36,075 bases of DNA from an uncultured Bifidobacterium sp. (GCA_964654675.1 CAZZKP010000003.1:1-36075); one strand, 5' to 3'; counted from the stretch's first letter, positions 1 to 8,332 are shown. Notes: a model not told the origin generated them from the sequence alone. Made by a program: numbers and translations.

Positions 1-71
1 GGCCCATGGGCCGCCCGATCTCGTTTTAAAATTCGCCAACGACGGAGAGAAAAAAACTCCCTTACTCGAAA

Positions 72-734
72 TTACAATGAATGTAAAAGATACTCCTGTT
101 TTAAAAGACTGCAAATTTTATATCGCTCATCTTTGGTGTCGTTGTACATCGCCTCTAAGACTTCGTAAACATTTTGTATGCCAATGGCTTCACACCACTC
201 AAAAGGTCCTTTGGGATAATTTGTGCCCAATCGCATCGCTTGATTGATATCCTCCCGATTTGCCGTGCCTTCTTGCACTGTGTAAAAAGCTTCATTGATA
301 ATCATGCAAATTATCCGGGGAGTAATTAATCCAACCCGACTTCCCACTACCTCGATATTTGTATAGCCCAATAAATGCGCGAGTTCTCTCAATGATGATT
401 CTGTCAATTGAAAAGGGTTGGTGCATTCCAATGTATTGCGTTCAATAAATGTTGGGATTGCATTGATACCTACGCCTTTCCATCCTTTTGGAATTTGTAA
501 ACCCATTGCCGCAGATTCCAAGGTGCATTTTACCGCACCCAAGACAAAGACTGTGTTGTTGTTTGTTAAATAATCTTGCAGTCGGTAGGCATTGTCGTCG
601 AAATCCAAATCCAAAAACACATCGTAATTTTCATGACCTTCATTATCTTGCACCCATGAATAGGTCGATGAAGGAGTCTCTTTGTTCTCCCATGCGTTTC
701 GTTTGGTTGGGCTTGCCAATATTCCTATTTTCAT
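72..734 (-). CDS. 3-hydroxyacyl-CoA dehydrogenase family protein, short form with a degenerate N-terminal NAD-binding region
   Basis: The C-terminal half matches the 3HCDH C-domain pattern (PRIICMIINEAFYTVQEGTANREDINQAMRLGTNYPKGPFEWCEAIG). The N-terminus MKIGILASPTKRN lacks the GxGxxG loop. The protein is 220 aa, versus roughly 280-300 aa for canonical Hbd/HADH. Confidence 0.7.
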   Translation of the reverse strand: MKIGILASPTKRNAWENKETPSSTYSWVQDNEGHENYDVFLDLDFDDNAYRLQDYLTNNNTVFVLGAVKCTLESAAMGLQIPKGWKGVGINAIPTFIERNTLECTNPFQLTESSLRELAHLLGYTNIEVVGSRVGLITPRIICMIINEAFYTVQEGTANREDINQAMRLGTNYPKGPFEWCEAIGIQNVYEVLEAMYNDTKDERYKICSLLKQEYLLHSL

Positions 735-766
735 GCAGTCACAAAATTACATCAAACCACAATAAC

Positions 767-1150
767 ATGCGAGAAATCATTTACACCGAAAATGCACCCA
801 AACCCATTGGTCCATACAGTCAGGCCGTTCGAGTTGGCGATACCTATTATTTTTCAGGTCAAATCGGATTGGATCCTGCCACAGGCAATTTTGATAGTGA
901 AACTGATGTAGATATGCAATCCAAACGGGTGATGCAGAATATTGAAGCTTTGCTAACGGCCTCCGGACTAACTTGGGATCATGTCGTAAAATCCTCAATT
1001 TTTTTAAAGGACATGAACGATTTTCCAAAAGTGAACGCCATTTATGGAAGCCATTTCACCCAAGGGAAATACCCAGCCCGCGAAACCGTGCAAGTCAGCC
1101 GATTGCCCAAGGACGCCTTGGTAGAAATTTCGGTGATTTGCGTGAAATAG
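767..1150 (+). CDS. ridA: RidA/YjgF/TdcF family reactive-intermediate (enamine/imine) deaminase
   Basis: MREIIYTENAPKPIGPYSQAVRVGDTYYFSGQIGLDP...ARETVQVSRLPKDALVEISVICVK is a textbook RidA signature of 127 aa. I start at the ATG at 767. The ORF-track extension from 488 overlaps the opposite-strand gene and has no protein-like character. Confidence 0.9.
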   Translation: MREIIYTENAPKPIGPYSQAVRVGDTYYFSGQIGLDPATGNFDSETDVDMQSKRVMQNIEALLTASGLTWDHVVKSSIFLKDMNDFPKVNAIYGSHFTQGKYPARETVQVSRLPKDALVEISVICVK

Positions 1151-1179
1151 TGAACCTCGGGTAAGCCCAAAATACTCCC

Positions 1180-2709
1180 TTAGTGTTTGATGATTCGCTG
1201 TGATGCAATGATTCCTGCAGTCGTTTCGATACGTAAAATATACGTTCCGTTCGATAAATCGCTGATATCTACCGTAGGATTGTTGGGCGAAACAACGCCA
1301 CATGCAACCTGTTTTCCCCTCAGATCAAAAATCTGAAATCCACTTTGGGTTTGAATGGGGTTGATTCGAATGCAGTTGCTGCTCGGGTTGGGGTACAACG
1401 ATAACGATTGCGCTTCTGGTTTGATGACGGCACTGATATTCTTCAGCGCGGAATTGTCGATGACCATGTTTTCATCGCCCGGCATATAGGTTGTGAGCCA
1501 AAAATACACCAGCATCATTTCGTCTTTGGTGCCTTCTCCCAGAGAGACTGCTTGGGGTGGGGTGTTCGGGTTGTTTACATTTTGCGCTGTGTTATCATAA
1601 TAGGCCTCTCCCCACATCGTACTTCCCTTTTCGACGATTGTAGGGCTTCGCATGACATAAGTTCGCTGCCAGTGAAAGTCCCAATTGGGAATATCAACAA
1701 AGGGAATGGTGTCTTTTCCATTCACGTTATAGGCTTTGATCGATTTGCCCACAAGATGCATGTGGGGGGCAACGGCGAAAACGCTTAATTTGAAGTTGAG
1801 CAGTGTTTTAGAGTAAAATGTTTTGGTTTGATCTGCAGGGATGTATAGCGGTCCGTTGGTCAGTGAAGAATTGCTGTGATTGATTCCTGGGGTGATGATC
1901 ATCGGTCTCAAGGATCCGGTATTTAGTTTGATTAGCACTTTGGTGCTATCGAGCTGATTCTGGATGCCTCCGGGGTAATGGATTTGAATGATGATGTTTG
2001 AATTTTTGAGGATTCTTGCGCCAAATCCACTGGGAAACTGATAGGGTTCTTGACCGGGTACGTAAACGCCAATGAGTTGCGACGTGTTGGATCCGGTGCC
2101 GCCAAATGCCAAGTAACCGGGTGCGGGATCGGCCTTGTCTTTATTGACTGGAATTTGACTGGTGTCTTGAAATACCAATACGTGGTGAACTATTTGGCGG
2201 TTGCCAGGGACAACTTCAATGGAGGTGACATACTGATCGGCGGTAATTCCGGTGGGCAATACGAAACATCGATATTCGTCGCTGCTGGTGTTTACTGTGT
2301 AGTTTGGCATTTTTAATTTGAGGTCGGGGTTGGTTGTTACGGCCCCTGTATTTGGATTTGGGTCGGCCGGGGCTTTGGATAAATCCCCAGATTTGGATCC
2401 TTGTGCCACCCAATCTTGTATGGTTTTTATTTCTTCGACGCTTAAAATTCTCTCGTGGGCGTAGCGTTTATAATTTGAATTCGCAGGCCATGGTGGCATC
2501 CTACGCTTTTGGGTCGCATCTGCAATTCCATTTGCGTTTGCGACAGCGTTGGAATATCCAACCAAGGAAAAAGGCGCGATGCCACCGTTGATATGACAAT
2601 TGGTGCAGCTGTTGTAAAGTATTGGAGCCACATGTTCAGACCAGGTGATTTGCGCTTCTGAATTTTTGATTCCCAGTGACAGGAAAATGAGAAGTAGTAT
2701 CTTTTTCAT
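1180..2709 (-). CDS. Secreted fusion protein: N-terminal CxxCH cytochrome-c-like module, copper type II (PHM/DBH-like) monooxygenase-like domain, and T9SS C-terminal sorting domain
   Basis: Signal peptide MKKILLLIFLSLGIKNSEAQ. C35-TN-C38-H39 followed by GG...RRMPPW (planctomycete-type cytochrome c pattern). Candidate copper ligands are H175-H176 (IVHHVLVF), H244 (IQIHYPG), H316-x-H318 (PHMHLVG) and M398/M399 (KDEMMLVYF). Residues ~435-509 (SLSLYPNP...GTYILRIETTAGIIASQRIIKH) form a type-A T9SS CTD. Confidence 0.7.
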   Translation of the reverse strand: MKKILLLIFLSLGIKNSEAQITWSEHVAPILYNSCTNCHINGGIAPFSLVGYSNAVANANGIADATQKRRMPPWPANSNYKRYAHERILSVEEIKTIQDWVAQGSKSGDLSKAPADPNPNTGAVTTNPDLKLKMPNYTVNTSSDEYRCFVLPTGITADQYVTSIEVVPGNRQIVHHVLVFQDTSQIPVNKDKADPAPGYLAFGGTGSNTSQLIGVYVPGQEPYQFPSGFGARILKNSNIIIQIHYPGGIQNQLDSTKVLIKLNTGSLRPMIITPGINHSNSSLTNGPLYIPADQTKTFYSKTLLNFKLSVFAVAPHMHLVGKSIKAYNVNGKDTIPFVDIPNWDFHWQRTYVMRSPTIVEKGSTMWGEAYYDNTAQNVNNPNTPPQAVSLGEGTKDEMMLVYFWLTTYMPGDENMVIDNSALKNISAVIKPEAQSLSLYPNPSSNCIRINPIQTQSGFQIFDLRGKQVACGVVSPNNPTVDISDLSNGTYILRIETTAGIIASQRIIKH

Positions 2710-2816
2710 CGATGGGGTTTGACGTTTTTGCGGGGTTTTTCTTTCGCAGAAATTCCTTCTTTAGACGAATTTAACGCTAAATGGTTTAAGGTGGTGTGAA
2801 AATGACTTTGAGCGAT

Positions 2817-2824
2817 TAATTTTG
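2817..2824 (+). promoter_or_regulatory. Bacteroidota-type -7 promoter box (TAnnTTTG) upstream of the DUF3467 gene
   Basis: TAATTTTG, an exact match to the consensus, 9 nt before the ATG at 2834. No clear -33 TTTG at proper spacing. Confidence 0.4.
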
Positions 2825-2833
2825 TGGATACCT

Positions 2834-3163
2834 ATGGAAGAAAATCAAGAACAACAGCCCGGCTTGGACATCGAATTAACCGAAGAAATTGCCGAAGGGA
2901 TATACAGCAATTTTGCCATCATTACTCATTCTCAAACGGAGTTTATTGTGGATTTTGTTCGAATGATGCCAGGGATTCCCAAAGGTAAAGTGAAGAGCCG
3001 TATCATACTTGCTCCCCAACACGCCAAGAGATTGATCATGGCCTTGGGGGATAATTTGGGTAAATACGAAGATCATTTTGGAGAAATTGCATTGGAAGAA
3101 GGGAATGGTTTGCCCCCGCATGCCGTGCCTTTTGGCTTTGGAGGACCTACGGGTCAAGCCTAA
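2834..3163 (+). CDS. DUF3467 family protein
   Basis: The 109-aa sequence IELTEEIAEGIYSNFAIITHSQTEFIVDFVRMMPG...SRIILAPQHAKRL matches my recollection of DUF3467. I use the ATG at 2834; the track start at 2822 is a TTG. A TAnnTTTG box lies 9 nt upstream. Confidence 0.72.
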   Translation: MEENQEQQPGLDIELTEEIAEGIYSNFAIITHSQTEFIVDFVRMMPGIPKGKVKSRIILAPQHAKRLIMALGDNLGKYEDHFGEIALEEGNGLPPHAVPFGFGGPTGQA

Positions 3164-3166
3164 TTG

Positions 3167-3520
3167 ATGATGGCAATCCGATTCGAAAAAAGAAAGCAAG
3201 AACTGGCATCGATGCCAGAATTTACCCGGCGGATGCTGTGGTTTGTCCTTTTTGGATTCACGTTCATTGTTTTGTCGCTTTGGGTTGGCGCCGTTGGATA
3301 TCGACATTTCGCCCATTTGGATTGGGTAGACGCTTTTTACAATGCCTCGATGATTTTGACAGGCATGGGTCCCGTTGCCGTCTTAACGTCGGATGACGCC
3401 AAGATTTTTGCTACCTTCTATTCGATTTATAGTGGGGTTGCATTTTTGACATCGGTGGGGGTGATGTTTGCCCCTTTGGTTCACCGTTTGTTTCATCGTT
3501 TACATATTGATATAGAATAA
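3167..3520 (+). CDS. Small membrane protein with two TM helices and a pore-loop-like segment (K+-channel-like architecture, non-canonical filter)
   Basis: TM1 is MLWFVLFGFTFIVLSLWVGAVGY. The pore-helix-like segment is WVDAFYNASMILTGMGP. TM2 is IFATFYSIYSGVAFLTSVGVMFAPLV. It starts 3 nt after the DUF3467 stop codon and ends 3 nt before the PaaN-like start. Confidence 0.6.
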   Translation: MMAIRFEKRKQELASMPEFTRRMLWFVLFGFTFIVLSLWVGAVGYRHFAHLDWVDAFYNASMILTGMGPVAVLTSDDAKIFATFYSIYSGVAFLTSVGVMFAPLVHRLFHRLHIDIE

Positions 3521-3523
3521 TTT

Positions 3524-5176
3524 ATGAATACTTCATTGAAAGAAAGATTAGAAGCCGCTTACGCCGCTCAACAAAGTAGAACGTATTTCGCTGCTTGGCC
3601 TGAATCGCCTCGTGCCTACGCCGAAGATGGAATGGCACAGGGGTTATCGGCTTTTCAGTCGCTATTGACCCAGAATTTTACCGAATTGTTACAGGATGGA
3701 AGTGAGGGTTGGATTGGAGACGAGGTGAGTCCATATATGATGACAGGGTTGGGTGTCCAATATCCCAAGTTTGCACCCGCGGTTTTGATGGCAAAAGCGA
3801 AATCGGCACAAAAAATATGGTCAAAGACGTCTTCTGATGTTCGTGCCTCGATTTTGATGGATGCCTTGGATCGTGTATCGCTGCGATTTTTTGAGATTGC
3901 TTACGCTACGATGCATACCACAGGACAGAGTTTTATGATGAGTTTTCAGGCAAGTGGACCTCATGCGAACGACAGGGCTTTGGAGGTTTTGTCGATGGCC
4001 TATCACGAGTTAAATCGCTTTCCTGGCGAAGTGACATGGGTCAAGAATATGGGTAAGTTTGATCTCACATTACAGAAAAATTACAAGGCAATTCCCAAAG
4101 GGGTATCATTGGTGATAGGTTGTTCAACTTTCCCTACTTGGAATACGGTTCCTGGTTTGTTCGGGAGTTTGATGACAGGCAACGCGAGTATCGTGAAGCC
4201 TCACCCCAAGAGTGTTTTGCCTATCGCGATTGTGGTTGCCGAAATGCAGAAAGCACTGGTGGCGGCGGGATTGCCTGCATCTGTGGTTCAATTGGGCGTT
4301 GATACGTTGGATCATCCGATCACGAAAGAACTGGCGGAAGATTCTGCGGTTAAATTAATCGATTATACCGGTGGATCGGCTTTTGGTGATTACATCGAAT
4401 CATTGCAAGGCAAAACGGTATTTACGGAAAAGGCGGGTGTGAATTCGGTGATTTTGGATAGTGTTGCTGATGCGAATGCGGTGTTTGGTAATTTGGCGTT
4501 TGCCGCAAGTTTATACAGCGGACAAATGTGTACTGCCCCACAGAACATATTTGTTTCGGCGGCGGGTATTAAAACGGCTGAGGGGATTTTGAGTTACGAC
4601 GATGTAGTTGCGGGAATTGCAAATGCGGTAAAAGGTTTGGCAGAAAATCCCAAAATGGGAGCGGGGACTTTGGGTGCGATTCAGAATGACGTTACCTCTG
4701 CGAGGGTAAAATCGGTGGAAGCTGCAGCCTCTTCTTCTGTAGCATTGGCATCTATGAATATTGTGAATCCGGAATTCCCTGATGCCAGAACGGCATCGCC
4801 TACTGTAATCGCTGTAGATGCTGCGGATGTGAAATCATGGAAACATGAGTGTTTTGGCCCTATTGTTTTTGTGGTAAAAACGGAAAGTGCCGCGCACAGC
4901 CTTGAACTTACGGCGGCTTGTGCTGACGAATTGGGTGCCATTACTTGTTCCTGCTATAGCACAGACAATCAATTCATGGCAGAGGTTGAGGATGCGATGA
5001 ATGAAGTATTCACACCGGTGAGTTTCAATTTTACAGGTGCGGCCTTTGTGAATCAACATGCGGCTTTTAGTGATTTTCACGTAACCGGTGGTAATCCCAG
5101 TGGGAATGCCTCCTTCACGGATTCTCAGTACGTAAACCGCCGATTTGTTTGGGTGGGGAATCGTAAAATGGGATAA
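3524..5176 (+). CDS. Aldehyde dehydrogenase superfamily protein, PaaN-like (phenylacetate-pathway ring-opening aldehyde dehydrogenase family)
   Basis: 550 aa. The catalytic Cys context is YSGQMCTAPQNIF and the general-base Glu context is FTEKAGVNSV. Length and N-terminus (ERLEAAYAAQQSRTYFAAWPE) resemble the ~550-aa PaaN type. The ALDH superfamily call is firm; the PaaN subfamily call is less so. Confidence 0.8.
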   Translation: MNTSLKERLEAAYAAQQSRTYFAAWPESPRAYAEDGMAQGLSAFQSLLTQNFTELLQDGSEGWIGDEVSPYMMTGLGVQYPKFAPAVLMAKAKSAQKIWSKTSSDVRASILMDALDRVSLRFFEIAYATMHTTGQSFMMSFQASGPHANDRALEVLSMAYHELNRFPGEVTWVKNMGKFDLTLQKNYKAIPKGVSLVIGCSTFPTWNTVPGLFGSLMTGNASIVKPHPKSVLPIAIVVAEMQKALVAAGLPASVVQLGVDTLDHPITKELAEDSAVKLIDYTGGSAFGDYIESLQGKTVFTEKAGVNSVILDSVADANAVFGNLAFAASLYSGQMCTAPQNIFVSAAGIKTAEGILSYDDVVAGIANAVKGLAENPKMGAGTLGAIQNDVTSARVKSVEAAASSSVALASMNIVNPEFPDARTASPTVIAVDAADVKSWKHECFGPIVFVVKTESAAHSLELTAACADELGAITCSCYSTDNQFMAEVEDAMNEVFTPVSFNFTGAAFVNQHAAFSDFHVTGGNPSGNASFTDSQYVNRRFVWVGNRKMG

Positions 5177-5272
5177 GGATATTGTAGCCCCTTCATTTTG
5201 GTGGAGTTTTTTATTCGCATGGAATCCATGCTCTACATATATGCCCTTGTTTGATTTGCTTCAAGGGGAATG

Positions 5273-5316
5273 AAAAAAAGGGAAAGGGAGCGCATTCGCG
5301 CTCCCTTTCCCTTTTT
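5273..5316. terminator. Bidirectional intrinsic terminator between the convergent PaaN-like and yceI-like genes
   Basis: Perfect 14-bp GC-rich stem gggaaagggagcgc (5280-5293) / gcgctccctttccc (5298-5311). Loop attc. Flanked by an A7 run (5273-5279) and a T5 run (5312-5316). Confidence 0.85.
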
Positions 5317-5386
5317 ACTGTTTGTTTCAAACTACACTATTTTGTATTGTAGGTGTATCCAATCTTGACAGATGGATAAACTGTAA

Positions 5387-6055
5387 TTATTTCTTGGCAG
5401 TCAAATTGATGGTCAATGTGATGTCTTTGCTCACAACGCCATTCTTTAACTTCTTTTGGGCAGCTTCGGCCAAAGTCATATTTTCTTTGTCGTAGTTTAT
5501 ACCCCAATCCAAGCGGTTGATAACCACTTTTCCCGTTGCGGTTACAGTTTCACCCACATTGACTTTCGCTGGGAAAGAAATGTTCTTGGTAGAATCTTTG
5601 ATTGTAAGGTTACCGCTGATTAAATGCGTATTGTCACCATCCGCTTTTACTTCACAAGCGGTGATTTCAAACTTCGCAGTGGCATATTTTGCTGTGTTGA
5701 AGAAATCCTCGGCCGATAAATGACCGTGTAATTTGGTCAAATATTCCGCTGGCAAAGAATCTGTACACTTAATAGAGGTCATATCGATCACGAATGAACC
5801 CGCTTCAATGTTGCCATTGTCAATGCTCAAGTTACCTTCTTTGATGTTGATGGTTCCATTGTGGTCACCTGTTCCTACGGCATGAGTTCCAAACCAAACG
5901 ATGTTACTTGATGCGGCATCAACGAAGTAAGTCGTCGCAGTAGAATCTGCTGTTGCCACTGAATCAGCACCAGAAGCCTCTGATGCATTGCTGCCGCATG
6001 AACCCAATGTCAATGCGATGGCAGCCATTCCTAAGAGAATTGTATTTTTATTCAT
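5387..6055 (-). CDS. YceI-like (polyisoprenoid-binding) lipoprotein
   Basis: Lipobox LTLGSC. YceI pattern: SNIVWFGTH...HNGTINIKEG...IEAGSFVIDMTSI...HLSAEDFFNTAKYATAKFE...ISGNLTIKDSTKNISFPAKV. Confidence 0.85.
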   Translation of the reverse strand: MNKNTILLGMAAIALTLGSCGSNASEASGADSVATADSTATTYFVDAASSNIVWFGTHAVGTGDHNGTINIKEGNLSIDNGNIEAGSFVIDMTSIKCTDSLPAEYLTKLHGHLSAEDFFNTAKYATAKFEITACEVKADGDNTHLISGNLTIKDSTKNISFPAKVNVGETVTATGKVVINRLDWGINYDKENMTLAEAAQKKLKNGVVSKDITLTINLTAKK

Positions 6056-6072
6056 ATTTTTATTTGTTTGAA

Positions 6073-6080
6073 CAAATGTA
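6073..6080 (-). promoter_or_regulatory. Bacteroidota-type -7 promoter box upstream of the yceI-like gene
   Basis: The minus strand reads TACATTTG, 17 nt before the start codon ending at 6055. Overlaps an inverted repeat atttgtt-tg-aacaaat (6062-6077). Confidence 0.45.
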
Positions 6081-6125
6081 ATGATAACATTTTAAATTTT
6101 GAAAACCTTTTTTGGTGTTTTTTGA

Positions 6126-6677
6126 TTACTTCTCTGGTTTCCAGATGATTTCAATTCCTCCATTTTGGTGGTCGAGAAATCTGGCGAGGGTGAAAAGGTA
6201 ATCACTCAATCGGTTTAGGTATTTCACCACAAAGGCCGGAACATCTTCAATGTCGCGCAAATGCACTACCAGTCGTTCGGCCCTTCTACAAACACATCTG
6301 GCCACATGGGCTTGCGCACCTTGGATGGATCCGCCGGGAAGAATGAAATTCTTCAACTCGGGTAGAGCCGCGGTGAGTCGATCAATTTCCGATTCCAATC
6401 GCCCAATTTTCTCTTCACCCAAAGCGGGCAATGAAATATTTGATCCTGGGGCCGAGGCCAAGAATGACCCGATGGTAAACAAATCATTTTGGACTTCAGC
6501 AAGCAAAATTTCTTCAGTTTCTCCTTTTACATGGCATCGAATCATACCAATGTTACTGTTTAATTCGTCCACTGTGCCGTAACTTTCCACCCGTATGTGG
6601 TGTTTAGATACACGTTCACCACCGATTAGACCGGTTTTTCCATCATCGCCTGCTTTGGTATAAATTTTAAATCCCAT
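6126..6677 (-). CDS. ATP:cob(I)alamin adenosyltransferase, PduO/MMAB type
   Basis: MGFKIYTKAGDDGKTGLIGGERVSKHHIRVESYGTVDELNS... and ...LNRLSDYLFTLAR are hallmark PduO-type motifs. 183 aa. Confidence 0.9.
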   Translation of the reverse strand: MGFKIYTKAGDDGKTGLIGGERVSKHHIRVESYGTVDELNSNIGMIRCHVKGETEEILLAEVQNDLFTIGSFLASAPGSNISLPALGEEKIGRLESEIDRLTAALPELKNFILPGGSIQGAQAHVARCVCRRAERLVVHLRDIEDVPAFVVKYLNRLSDYLFTLARFLDHQNGGIEIIWKPEK

Positions 6678-6694
6678 GATTGTAGTTAAAGGTA

Positions 6695-6702
6695 CAAATT
6701 TA
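6695..6702 (-). promoter_or_regulatory. Bacteroidota-type -7 promoter box upstream of the PduO-type adenosyltransferase gene
   Basis: The minus strand reads TAAATTTG, 17 nt before the start codon ending at 6677. Confidence 0.45.
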
Positions 6703-6790
6703 TTGTCCTTTTGTTTTCCATTGTGATATTAATTGGCTCGAACTTGTCCCGGAATCGATTGGTTTTGGTCCCGTTGCTTTGAACTTTTCG

Positions 6791-7789
6791 TCAATTCAAA
6801 TTTTGATCGCTCAGCAATTTAAAAATTCTCTTGGCATTCGCATTTTCATAAATTACCCGATACACTGCATCAGCAATGGGTAATTGTAAATCGCGCTGGG
6901 TGCTTTGGTTGTAAATCAAATTGGAAGCATAGTATCCTTCTGCCACCATGTTCATTTCCAATTGGGCTGCTTTTACGCTGTATCCTTTTCCGAGCATGTT
7001 GCCAAAAGTTCTGTTTCTACTGAATTGAGAATAACAAGTGACAAGTAAATCGCCCAAATAGGCCGCCTCATTGATATCGCGTTCAGACGGGTCTATGGTT
7101 TGCAAAAAAATCTTCATCTCGCGGATTGCACAGCTCGTATACAAGGCCAAGAAATTGTCGCCATATCCCAAACCATGAGCGATTCCGGCACCGATGGCAT
7201 AAATATTCTTCATGACTGCGGAATACTCTGCACCAATTAAATCTGCGCTACAATGAACTCGGATGAAAGTCCCTTCAAGGTATCCTTTTATTAACTCAGC
7301 GACATCCCATGTGTTCGCAGCGACAGTAAGGTAGGAGAGTTTCTCTGCGGCGACCTCTTCGGCATGACATGGACCCGTAATGATTGCAATTTGGTTTGTG
7401 GGGATATCGTGATTTTTTTCAAGGTATTTCGCCATCACTAAGTTGGTATTCGGCTCAATGCCTTTGATGGCAGAGACATAAATACTTTCCTTGGGTAATA
7501 CCACACCCGACAAACTTTGATGAATAAAGGCAGATGGAACAGCCAAAATGTTTATTCCACACTGATTCAAAACAAATTGCAGGTCACTGCTCACAATGAC
7601 TTTGTCGGCATGGATTTCCACGCTGCTCAGGTAATCGGGATTGTGCAAGTGTTTTTGAATGTAATTCGCCTTCTCCGGGTTGCGAATCCACCAATGCACA
7701 GTGTGGCCCGCATCAGTTATCATCTTGATTAAAGCAGTAGCCCAACTACCACTACCTATAATTCCGATGCTTTGTTTCATAGAGTGCAT
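6791..7789 (-). CDS. gpsA: NAD(P)H-dependent glycerol-3-phosphate dehydrogenase
   Basis: IGIIGSGSWATAL Rossmann motif, SAIKGIE, ITGPCHAEEVA, and NRTFGNMLGKG...MVAEGY; 332 aa. The start may instead be the Met 3 codons downstream (MKQSIG). Confidence 0.9.
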   Translation of the reverse strand: MHSMKQSIGIIGSGSWATALIKMITDAGHTVHWWIRNPEKANYIQKHLHNPDYLSSVEIHADKVIVSSDLQFVLNQCGINILAVPSAFIHQSLSGVVLPKESIYVSAIKGIEPNTNLVMAKYLEKNHDIPTNQIAIITGPCHAEEVAAEKLSYLTVAANTWDVAELIKGYLEGTFIRVHCSADLIGAEYSAVMKNIYAIGAGIAHGLGYGDNFLALYTSCAIREMKIFLQTIDPSERDINEAAYLGDLLVTCYSQFSRNRTFGNMLGKGYSVKAAQLEMNMVAEGYYASNLIYNQSTQRDLQLPIADAVYRVIYENANAKRIFKLLSDQNLN

Positions 7790-7825
7790 TGTTTTTGAAC
7801 GAATTTTATTACATCGTTATTTGTG

Positions 7826-7833
7826 CAAAAATA
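7826..7833 (-). promoter_or_regulatory. Bacteroidota-type -7 promoter box upstream of gpsA
   Basis: The minus strand reads TATTTTTG, 36 nt before the start codon ending at 7789. Confidence 0.4.
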
Positions 7834-7882
7834 CGATAGGACAAACAAATACACTCTCAATGAAGTGATCTCCTCGGTATTT

Positions 7883-8332
7883 TTACTGAATGATTTGAGT
7901 TGCGTGGTTTTTTGTATCCACCTTCTCAATGATTTCAGCCAAGTTGCCTTGCTCATCAATTATAAATGTGGTTCTCGCAATTCCCATATACTTCCTTCCA
8001 TACATGCTTTTTTCCACCCAAACGCCGTACGCCAGAGCCACGGCATTGTCGGTATCGGCCAGTAAATCAAAAGGTAAATTGTACTTGTCGATGAATTTCT
8101 TATGCTTGGTTTCGTTGTCAGGACTCACACCCAATATGGCATAGCCTTTGGCGATTAGGTCTTGATAATTGTCCCGCAAACTACAAGCTTCCGCAGTGCA
8201 ACCGGGGGTATCGTCTTTAGGATAAAAATACAAAACCAATTTTTTGCCAGAAAAATGGCTCAATGATAATGTTTCGCCATTCTGGTTGTTGGCAGAAAAG
8301 TCAGGGGCGGGGGTTCCAATTTGTAAAGTCAT
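7883..8332 (-). CDS. bcp: Thioredoxin-dependent thiol peroxidase (peroxiredoxin Bcp)
   Basis: KKLVLYFYPKDDTPGCTAEACSLRD contains the peroxidatic Cys motif PxxxTxxC. 149 aa. Confidence 0.9.
   Translation of the reverse strand: MTLQIGTPAPDFSANNQNGETLSLSHFSGKKLVLYFYPKDDTPGCTAEACSLRDNYQDLIAKGYAILGVSPDNETKHKKFIDKYNLPFDLLADTDNAVALAYGVWVEKSMYGRKYMGIARTTFIIDEQGNLAEIIEKVDTKNHATQIIQ

Noticed and set aside
1-12. Perfect palindrome ggcccatgggcc at the window edge
   Set aside because: It is truncated by the window boundary, so its context cannot be evaluated. It may be part of a terminator or of an upstream gene.
488-766. N-terminal 93-codon extension of the RidA ORF in the track
   Set aside because: The extension overlaps the opposite-strand 3HCDH-family gene. 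It is Cys/Arg/Pro-rich nonsense. The canonical RidA N-terminus begins at the ATG at 767.
6678-6790. Possible cobalamin riboswitch upstream of the PduO-type adenosyltransferase gene
   Set aside because: The spacer is only 113 nt, too short for a B12 riboswitch, and I found no B12-box (GCCACTG) on the coding strand.
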